In this document: positions 49,080 through 59,051 of the stretch, piece after piece
Layout: each line of letters begins with the position of its first letter
Position numbering within the stretch: the first letter of the stretch is position 1
Translations under genes and position numbers: made by a program
Source: Azolla caroliniana
Lineage: Eukaryota > Plantae > Polypodiophyta
DNA length: 64,000 bases
NCBI GenBank assembly: GCA_043228905.1
Contig: JBHGNT010000013.1
Location: 14,694,001 to 14,758,000 of the forward strand
Direction of reading: 5' to 3'
The notes under the pieces: model-generated
Seen by the model: only the letters and a program-made list of their open reading frames with translations
Told to the model about the DNA's origin: nothing
The model's database searches: none

Positions 49080-49770
49080 TATACTGAGAAAAAACCCATT
49101 GATGAGGTCTCAAATAACAACGGGTTAAAACTTGCAAATGTTCGATAAGTACTTCCAAATTATACACGCTATAGGACATTTAATGAACCGTTGTCTACTA
49201 TCCTCCAATAGAATGGTGCAAAAGAAACAAGTTCCTGGCCCTAGTCCTCGTCTCTTTAAGGTTGAACCTAATGGGAGCCCACCAATCATGACTCTCCATA
49301 TGAATACCTTTGCACGAAATTGCAAATGGGAATGCCAACCATGTTGTAATATTTGCGACCACCTTGCATTCGACTTACATGCATTCCAAACCTTTTCTAC
49401 TTTAGGAGATAGCCAAGATAATGATGCCATTGCATCATGATACAATATATTTGTAGTGACATGTAACAAGCGTGTAACATCATGTAACTGCCAATACACC
49501 CGAGGTGCAACATTTGTTTTCAATGGCAAAGATACATGCAACAATAGTATATCTTGTAATTTCTCCCAAATAAATCCCTAATTTGGGGGAATACATAACC
49601 ATCGTTTAACATCTTCAAATTTCGACAACCTTTGAGATTCATTATCAACCACATCTCCCAAATGTACAACCCCCAATCGAAATTAACGGTTGAATTGAGA
49701 TCTCAACTTCTCTTTTCCATGCCAATGCAACACTCGAGAAGAAACGAGCAATTCATTTTGTAACAAATTA
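49080..49770 (-). mobile_element. L1 ORF2 zf-RVT fragment related to the L1 at 19.3-42.9 kb
   Basis: Encodes AKVFIWRVMIGGLPLGSTLKRRGLGPGTCFFCTILLEDSRQRFIKC. Confidence 0.8.
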
Positions 49771-50209
49771 AAAAAATCTCGATCACTTGATGGTGCCCAC
49801 TCAAAAAACAATAGTGCATCTTGCCATGATCTTACCAATTGTTCTCCTCATACAGAATGTCGAATCTTTACAGGAATACATCCATAATTGAGTAATTGAG
49901 ACACTCGATACACACACACATGCGCAAAGAGGGGTATGCAAACATGTCCGAGTGTGTATAGATGCATACACACACGCACACGAAGCATATGTACAAAATT
50001 GGAGGGAGACACCAGATTTGGTTGGGAAACCAAAAAGAAAATAAAAGTGATGGGGCCATATGTATGTATGCATGCATGCATATACGTATGGTATGTATGT
50101 GTGTATGTATGTAGAAAAGAGACAGAAGGGTGGGGGGCGGAGAAGAGCAGTGAGTGGATAAGAAAAGAGCGACCCAAATAATGCAAAATTCCTGTCGTAC
50201 ACGTCGACA

Positions 50210-50760
50210 ACTAACAAAAATATCCCGCACAAAAAAAAATATAAAGAAAGAAAGAAAATGAAAATATCTTCTCTTCTCTCTCTTTCTCTCTCTCTCTTAA
50301 AATTTGAATTGTCCCCACCCCAAATAAATCAGGGGCGAAAAACAATTTATGAAAAAAAGAAAAAAACTAAAAAAAGGAATTAAGTAAAAAGAAACAAAAA
50401 AGGGAAATGGATTTTTTTGAAAAATAAACAGGAGAAAAAAGAAAAGCGGAAAAGAAAAAGAAGAAGAAGAAGAAGATCTCGCGGCCTGATATTTTCTTTT
50501 GGTGCCGCGCCTCGCCACGTGGGCGGTTCACCGCCGACGTGGCACTGACTTCCGTCGACGTGGCCTTTGTGCCGACGTGTCCCATGCCGACGTGGCCGCG
50601 CCAGAAATCATCGCCGCGTCTCCCCACCAGATATTTTCGTGGAAATACATAATAGATTAAAAAAATATTTAGTGAGAAATAAAATAATTTTTGGAAATAA
50701 ATAAGCGATCTTCCTTTTGCCTGCTCCTTTTTTTTCTCCCTTCCTCTTCCGAAATATCAT
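50210..50760 (+). promoter_or_regulatory. Promoter of the TOC1-like gene: evening elements, G-box and DRE/ABRE array
   Basis: AAAATATCT at 50261 and AGATATTTT at 50629, with EE-like variants at about 50217, 50487 and 50752. CACGTG at 50516. G(C/T)CGACGTG(G/T) at 50533, 50554, 50571 and 50586. Confidence 0.75.
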
Positions 50761-51654
50761 ATGCTTCTCTGCCATAGCTCCAAAGAAGGCTTTCTCCTGG
50801 AAACCCTAACCCTAATTTCTCTCTCTCTCTCTCTATACCTCGGTATTCCGACTCTTTTCGTTATAACCACACTCTTTTCCTTCTTTTCTTTCCTTCGCTC
50901 TCACTTGCCTATCCCATTCCTCCCTGAAACTGCAATAACGTTTATACTCTCCCCACCACCATCTCGCTCGCCTCATCTCTGCGCTCTCCTGGTCTCTTAA
51001 TTTTCACGATATTTTTATTTAAACCTTCGATTCCACCAGATTTTTGGCCACGACACGAACGATTTCCAGAATTTCCTGCTTCAGCACACAAATCCGTGCT
51101 TGCCAGAAATTCAAGTGAAAGTCTCCTCTTTCTAACAGCGCTTTCGATTCTGCTCTCTATATTTCTTCTCAGGTACGCCACCGTTTTTTCCTTCATGCAA
51201 AAGGCATGAAATTTGTCAGATGCTATTCATTTAATAGACGTTTTTACTTGGTTTCCTGCTTGAAATATATGAATCTGCGTTTTGCAGAGAACTAATGGGA
51301 GGTCTCTCCCTTCTTCTCTTGGAAATCAGTGCGCTCTGATATAATTCTTATCAGTTCTTTTGAGTTATTCAAGTTTTCTTTTTGGTATCTGTTCTTTTGG
51401 GATTTCGTCTAAGGTATGTTGAGATTTGTGTTTCCTTAAGCCACATATTTGTGTTTCCATTGTATACATAGACGAGGGGATGTCCTGCTTGACTTATGAT
51501 TTTCATGTTTCACAGGTATTATTAGAGGTTTATTTTCGCTCTTTAAAATGGTTAAGCTACTATAGTATGATATCTTAGGACTTCTCAGTAGCTCAGATGC
51601 CTGCATAGCCAAGAAAGTGCGAACCTATAACTCCATATAGAAACCTTGCCTCCG

Positions 51655-54315
51655 ATGGATTGCAAGGACGTGCATATCCTTTTTTGTGATCAGGATCCCA
51701 AGTCAGCGTCAGAAACACTGTTTCTTCTACAGAAATGCGCTTACAAAGGTGAGATTTCCGTCAAACACTTTCTTGATTCCACAAGTGAACATGTATCCAG
51801 ATAAAGGGTCCTCTCACTTGCAGAAACTAGGCACATATTGTTTGGATATGTTTTTGCCAATCACATGAATAGAGAATCTATGGTATAAATGCTAAAATAT
51901 GACTGAGACTAAGACAATGCATATTCATAATCTAAGGTATGAAAAAAGAAATATGATAAAAACTAAGAGAATGCATACTAAAATTTGATTGATGAATATA
52001 CTTTTTATTCCGATCTTTGGACCTCCAGCCAGCAAAGGCAACATTTACTTGTAGAAACTAGGCGTGTAAAGTATAAAGTCTTTTAGCCAACTTTTTGATT
52101 AGAGAATGTAAAGTAGGAAAGCTGACATGCAATGAAGAAGATGTTTACTGAGGGATCATCAATGAATAATATTGCTTTTCTCAAGGATTCAGTGTCCAGC
52201 TAAGTACACAATTTATCGTATTTGTCATGAGATCTACTTGACAGATTCCAGTTAAAATATTTTCATTTCTGTCATGAGAATGAAATACTTTTTCTTCCAA
52301 ATGACAACTCATTTTATGCTTATATGCCTTTTTTTTCTTTCCTCTCTGCTAAATGCCTTTTCCTTTTAATATGGCATGCAGTTACTGCTGTCAAAAGTGG
52401 ACGTAAAGTGATAGAGGCTTTGGAATGTCCTAAATCGGATGTGGATATTATCTTGTTTGATGTTGAGTTACCTGGGGAGAAAGGCTTCAAAATGCTCAAA
52501 CATGTGATGCGTAGAGATGAGCTCAATCATATTGCAGTTGTAGGTATGTGATGGATAAGCATTCATTATTTATGACCGGTTTGTGATAGTATTTAGAGAT
52601 GATAAAGCACTTCTTTAAACCTTTTCTGGATCTGATTATTTAAAGATGAGAATGGTCATTTTAAAATCTGTTTAATGTGGTTCATTTTTGCCTCAGTTAT
52701 GTCAGCACAACATGAAATGGCTGTTGTAGCTAAATGCTTACAGTTAGGAGCGGTTGATTACCTTGTAAAACCCCTCCGTCTGAATGAAGTGATGAACCTA
52801 TGGACTCACATGTGGAGGCGGCGTCGAATGGTATGGTCATTAATTTCTATATTAGGTTTCCCAGATGAATGCTTCATTTTTATTGCTTCCAAACTTTAAA
52901 ACTCGTGATGGTCTGTTTCCTATAATTATCTTGGAAGTGAGGGTTATCTTAAGGACTTCAACCTGATTATATGTTATAATGCAGTTGGGGCTCCCTGAGA
53001 AGCATGCTGTCATGGACATTATAAACACGAATTCTCCAAGCTTGGACAAGGCTGTGGTGTCCTTATCACATAGCAAGGACAATGCCATTGATAAAGACCT
53101 GAAAGATCATTTTGAAGTATGCAAAACACATGTCTCGATCAACGTAAACAATAGCTTCTAGTATTTTAATTTTTTCCTTTTCTGTGTGTGTATGCAGGCA
53201 GGAACGTCGAACAAACTTGAGTTATCACTTAGATTGTCCAACACATATGATGTGGGTAAAACAGCTGGGGATTTGAGTAAGTTCAGTTTGATCTATGTCA
53301 ACCATGCTTGCAGTTCTCCTTTTAAGCTGGGGTTGGTTTGTAAATTGTGGTAATTGTATGTACAGCATCTCCATGTTCAATTCCGAGACAAATTGTGGGT
53401 CATCGGTCAGCATTTTCAGCTTATTCAAAGCCTAATTATACTCAGGCCAGTGAGCACTCAGCTAATATGTATTCACCCAGTAGTTCCTCAATGCAATCAG
53501 CAGGGAAATTCACTGAAAACTTAGGGAATGGGCTCACAAATTCTACACGTGAAGTATGTAGCACCACAGATACATTGTATGGAAGTGCAAAAGACTCTTG
53601 CATGGCTGGTGAAAACAAGGCTGAAGATACTGAAAGCTTAAATTGTAATCTCTCATTCCAACATGTTCAGAATAATGGAACTTCCAAGAGCATTTTTGGC
53701 TCTGATCAAACAACCTCTCAGAATGCACCTAACATTCAGCAACGTAATGGTTTCACCATGTGCCCATCAAGAGATATCAGGCAAGGATCTACAAGTAATG
53801 TGCAAGAAAGCTCTGAAATGGTATGCTCTTCACAAGCTTCAATGCAGCAACTCTCTTCTTTTTACAATAGTGAAGGCAACATAGCTATATCAGAGGCTAC
53901 ATCCAATGTGTTTTCTTATTATCCTGTGGGTCAGATGGTTTTGCCTCAGTATATGGGATTCTCAAGCTGGCCCACAATGGTAACTACTGCTCACGTGGTT
54001 GGAAACAAGACACAGCAATCTGAGAGGAGAGAAGCAGCATTACAAAAATTCCGAATGAAAAGGAAAGGTAGATGTTTTGAGAAGAAGATAAGGTATGTAA
54101 GTAGGAAGAAGCTAGCCGAACAAAGACCTAGAGTGCGTGGGCAATTCGTGAAAAGGACAGCCATAATAGATTCTCTAGATTCAGATCAGCATCCAACAGT
54201 TGGAAGTGAAATTCGTGATGAGGAAGAAGGAGAAGCAGATGATGAGCAAGGATTTAGTGAGATGGATACTAACTCTTCTCCCGAATGCATGGATGGAAGA
54301 AATCAGGTTGGCTAG
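51655..54315 (+). CDS. TOC1: TOC1/PRR1-like pseudo-response regulator (receiver + CCT, about 516 aa); exons 51655-51748, 52382-52543, 52697-52830, 52985-53116, 53198-53276, 53366-54315
   Basis: The spliced receiver reads VHILFCDQD...[41 protein letters not shown]...[51 protein letters not shown]. The end of that stretch is the TOC1-diagnostic signature. The CCT domain is [43 protein letters not shown]. All introns are GT-AG with consistent phases. Confidence 0.9.
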
Positions 54316-54834
54316 ATGACCTGTCTTATGTAGCATTTTGTAGTGTATAAAATTCTTCTTTGAATGGAAGGTGAAGAATGTAAATATGTGATAGCAATTT
54401 TGTGAATGTGAAAGGATACAACAGTACATATACCCATCTTGGCTATACCCATGGCAGCGCTTTGTGGTGGTAGCTTCACCTTCTACAAACTAGGGAGAGT
54501 TTTTTGTAGGCCAACCTCCTTGGTTATTCTTCTTTGGATGAGCATATTGATGTTTGGTTGGAAAAGATATTGAGCCAATATAGTAAATCAGGATACCTTA
54601 AGCTTTTGTCACCTCTCTCAAATATCAATTTTGAAATATAATATGACATACAATATATATTGTAACACCCGTACCAATTATATTTATTCACAGAGCTTTG
54701 AAAAGAAAATCAGTGTCAATTTTGCTATATTTTTGTTCAATACTAGCAGCAAGTTCTCATTGCTAAACAGTTTTAAATTTCTATGGAGCATCCATTGTAT
54801 TGAGTGACTTTCAAGAATACAAGCGCGAGTGTCA

Positions 54835-54982
54835 ACCACTGAATGATATTAGCTTTATAACATTATGCATACAGTAATTTTGTTAGATCTCTATAATGTA
54901 TGACATTACCACTGAATATTAGCTTTATAACATGATGCATACAGTAATTTTGTTAGATCTCTATAATGTATGACATTACCAC
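54835..54982. repeat. Tandem duplication of about 70 bp downstream of the TOC1-like gene
   Basis: accactgaat(gat)attagctttataaca..gcatacagtaattttgttagatctctataatgtatgacatt occurs twice. Confidence 0.9.
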
Positions 54983-56986
54983 CTATGCTGTGGTCCAAAA
55001 TTGATTAATGATGCTGAGGTACAAGTTTCTGAGCATGAACTGTATATGCTTCTTTGCATCACTTAAATCTCTTCAGCTAGTGTCCGTTTCAAACAAGAGC
55101 AGGTTTGTGTGCATGATGAAGATCAAACCCATGGACTGTATACCTAGTGTTGTGAAGATGTATGACTAGTTCCCAAGTGGCTATTGACATTTGGGCAGCC
55201 CTTCTGTGAAGCAAGGTACCATAAGCTTTTTGAATCCAAGACCTCTTCAACCTTCTATTGGGGTCTGAAAATGAACAGGGAGGTCTAGTTGGAACACCAC
55301 TAGATTAATTTTGTTCATGATGCAAAAACTTAGCACAAGAGTGGGTTGTTGTGATGTTGTGCAAAAGTCAAACATTATTTCTTACCATGAAACAGTAGAG
55401 CACCAGATATTGAAACCATTGGATATTTGTAGTGTTCTTGGGTGCAGGTTAGGTCTTGGACCAGGTCTTGATGGTTCCGGTAGTGTCCATGCCATTCTTT
55501 CGTGAAAGAGTTTATCATGCCCACTAAGATATTCATGCTAAGTAATATATTCGAAAAAACCACTAGTTATGTTGGTTCACAATGTCGCTGGCAAACTCAA
55601 CGAGGGTAATGTTTAAACTCTAGTATCTTGTTGTTAGGTCACATTGGAGGTATTATTTATGAATTTGATTTATGTGCTCTATCTTGATTGTCAATTTGTG
55701 GATCTATTGTGGACGAGTTTTGCAGACACTTCCAAAAACGGAAGATGACCTACAAATGTTATACAACATGATGTATTCAAAAGTCTGCGGGGCTAGTCAT
55801 TGGGTCATCATGATATTGTGACAAACTTTTTTTGTGCAAGTGGTGGTAGAAGGCCATGGGGTGATGGTTGAAGCTTTTGAGTGGGTAAATGGATCACAAG
55901 AATTAACGAACTTCTAGTATTGTTTTGTGATTCAAGCTTGAGGGTCTTTACAAGACTGCAATGACTTACCATCATGTGGCATTTCGATAGTTTTTTTATA
56001 TAACTAGGATTTGCTAGAACACAGACTAGGTTGCCACAAAGGGGGATTAGTGTAGGGGTGGAACCATAAAGGCCTCCATTCCCCAATTATGCAAGGGAGA
56101 GAAAAGAGACACTGAGAAAAGATAGATTTATGAATAGTTTGTTCCTTTTTCCTAACAATAGATATAATTTCATAGGCTTCTTGGCCCAATCATAATGTAT
56201 AGAATAAGGTGAATAACATAGCATTAAATAAAAAGGCTTCTTGATGATGTAGAATAACCTTCCTATTTTTGGATCTAACTAAAGTAGTTGATAAACAAAT
56301 TGATGGAGAACTATTTGTTAATCTAGTTATTGCTAGTAATGCTATGTAACTATTCTAGATATTTTGCGTGTATGAATACATTTGATTCGATAGCTATGTT
56401 GGATAGGTACAAAGAACTCATTTTCAAATGTGAATTTGTACAAGTTGTGTTTCAAGGACTTGCCATGATCCATTAGACCTTTTATCTCCGTGGTAATAGT
56501 ATGCCTTTCATGAATCCATAAGGATGTGCAAATCCTTGTAATGTGTAGTATGCCTTTCATAAATCCATAAGGATGTGCAAATCCACCTCCAAATAAGGGA
56601 GCCAACCACAATGTGGGCCTAGTATGCTTTAGAACTTGGATAATGTGGAACTCGTTCATTATGCCGTCATGCTATGGTTGTCAATGTTGACATTGGTGCT
56701 GGTGGCAAGGAGTCGCATAAGGTCATAGGGGAGCTCATTGGTCATGAGTACCAACATCTTGTCCTTCAACATTGGCTAAGCATGCCAAATATGTATATTG
56801 GGGCACTGATAAGGGCAAAAACACGGCTTGAAATAAGAGGAATAACTGAAGTGGATTTGAGATGGCAGAGACGACAAAGTGCTAAAGATGGGGGGAGGAT
56901 AGAGGAGGTTCACCAAGAGTTTGAGTTCACCATTTTTCATCGTCCCGACACACAAAACATGGCGGTTGACTACATGGTGTTAGTTG

Positions 56987-57299
56987 TTTAAAGAATCGAG
57001 TGTGATTCTATGCACCGGAATAGATTAGAGATGTGTGTTATGTGTGTGTGAAAGATGAGAGAGGAAAGACACAAGATAGATAGGAAAATAGAATACTCAA
57101 GATGTATATTAACAAGGAGTAGAGAATGGCAAGTACAAAGATAATAGCATTACATGGAAGATTAACTGACCGTTACAAAGTAGGAGGGTGCTTTATATAA
57201 GGTCACCCTCTCACTAAACCACTCACTCAATCTCTAGCAACTATAGAAACTCATGTGTCATGGGGAATGTGGAAACTCATTAGTTGTGTGTCATAGAAT
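56987..57299 (-). mobile_element. Truncated LTR of the copia A family, next to a decayed gypsy RNase H fragment (about 56900-56980)
   Basis: Matches 19844-20110 (aaagaatc...ttagagatgtgtgttatgtgtgtgtg...gaatactcaag...gctttatata...ggggaatgtggaaactcattagtt). The upstream QEFEFTIFHRPDTQNMAVDY resembles a gypsy RH end. Confidence 0.75.
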
Positions 57300-58029
57300 C
57301 CCAGCTCCTAATATTCACATATGTCCAATTTCGTAGACGTATGTGAACGTTTGCATACGTTTGCATATGATACGTGACATTTGTTTGGTTTTTTTTTTCC
57401 TTTTTGGTTCTTTTTACGGTTCTTTTTTTTCTGATATTCGTCAAGAACTGAAGTCCGAGCAGTGAGAAGGAGTGAAACCGAATTCCGAGGAGTGAGAAAT
57501 AGGGTTCGAAGGCCATTTTCCAAAAGCTAATTCTTATCTTGGTGAAGAATAGTTTGTTTTTGAGGTTTCATAGCATCTTGCATAGTCGAGAGGGCAATGG
57601 TCTTGGGAGGAATGGTCGGGATATGGCAACTATAAAAACATCCATAACACAATCCCACTTAGCATGGCTAGGGACGATTAGTGGGGTCTGCTTAGATGGA
57701 TTCAGAGAGGTTGAGTTTGAGGTTGGGGCTAGGAAGGGGGGGTGGAGGAGGAGCTTCTCCCATGGTCAATAACAATTCAGTCACAAAAAATGCAAAAAAC
57801 GCAGCAATAGTAATAATAGAAGAAGTCTCTCTCTCTCTCTCTCTCTTCTCGTAATTACCTTACCCTAGTTGTAAGTTGTTAACACTACAAGCATTGCGTC
57901 GTGGGTTCGAAACCCAATTTCCTCACCTCTCTATTATATACTTCATATCTTAGTTCGCTAGATGCTATTGTGGAATGTAAGAGTTGAAAGCATGACCACC
58001 AGGTCTCCCCAAACTCCCCCCCTCTCTCT

Positions 58030-58589
58030 CTTCCTCCTTGAGACGAGATCACTTCCCATTGAGATCATGGCCATGGAAGTGATCCCATTGAGATCATGGT
58101 CATGGAAAAGGTTGTTGAATACATGCTTAACGTTCAAAAAAGTCCCTCAAATCGACTTCCTAGAATTGTATGGGAAGCAACCAAAAAGATAAAAAAGACA
58201 CATAAAAGAAAAGTTTTGTGTTCTGGTTGGATGCAAGATATAGAAAAATGGTTTGATAGATGCGGATGCAAGACACTTGCTTCATGATGCATCATTAGAT
58301 TCCTCAATAAATGAGGCATTTTTGCAACACCAATGTATCATGACATGGGAAAAATGTGGAGATGTGATGAGAGTGGCCGACTATGCACACTTTGTCCTAA
58401 ACAAAGTTCGAGAGTCTGAGTATCGCACTTTGATACAATGCTCTGTCTTTGATACAATGCTTTCCACATCTCTTCGACCGAGCCCAATCCTTGCACAAAT
58501 TTCTCTCACAAGCACAATGTGCACTCTCGATTGCAACATTCATTGGTAAAGTTCTTGAACATCGAGAGTCGCTACTCACTTTCACACGT
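58030..58589 (+). mobile_element. Decayed 3' fragment of a second RTEX-like family
   Basis: LLETRSLPIEIMAME..NRLPRIVWEATKKIKKTHKRKVLCSGWMQDIEKWF is homologous to the 47.7-47.9 kb part of the RTEX ORF2. It starts at a CT tract. Confidence 0.7.
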
Positions 58590-59051
58590 TGTTGTGGAGA
58601 ATTCCAGCTGCTAGAGGAATGGGGGGCAAATGCGTGTGAACGAGGGTGTGCGTTGATGCACTCAAATATTGCTTTATGTATAAACACATGTAAATAACGT
58701 AGAACTAATAAGCGCTAAGGATTAGGATTTAATAGGTACTTTAAAGTTCCGCACGGAGTTTGAAGCGAGGAGATCGAGGAAAATCTCTATCCGAAGTAAT
58801 CGGTTTAACTACCTGATGTAACAACCCACTCTCTCCTTGGCCTATAAAAGGAGGGAGAGAGGATTGAGGGATCTGCATTTTCAGAGAGGGAAGTGTTGCC
58901 GGTTTGGGTCCTGATCTCTCTCTGTGGGTGTCTTGGTGTTTCGTTCGGGTTGGAAGCCTCTGATCGCGTAGGAAGCCCGTGAGCTCCCGATAGAGGCTCC
59001 TCGTTGAATCGGTGTGTGTGCATGCGTGTGTGTGTGTGTGGGTGAGAGTGG
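58590..59051 (+). mobile_element. Left part of an LTR of an unidentified family, interrupted by copia C
   Basis: Starts abruptly with TGTTG after the LINE fragment, has a TATA box (CCTATAAAAGG) and a (TG)n tract, and is cut at 59051 by the copia C LTR. Confidence 0.5.

Noticed and set aside
49801-50232. Three overlapping minus-strand ORFs upstream of the TOC1-like gene
   Set aside because: They derive from (CA)n/(TATG)n low-complexity promoter sequence and have no protein-like features.
56497-56585. 49-bp-period tandem duplication
   Set aside because: It is a simple local duplication in decayed intergenic DNA with no sign of function.
57895-57920. tRNA gene at GGGTTCGAAACCC
   Set aside because: No cloverleaf or acceptor stem could be built; it is only a B-box-like motif within a repeat.
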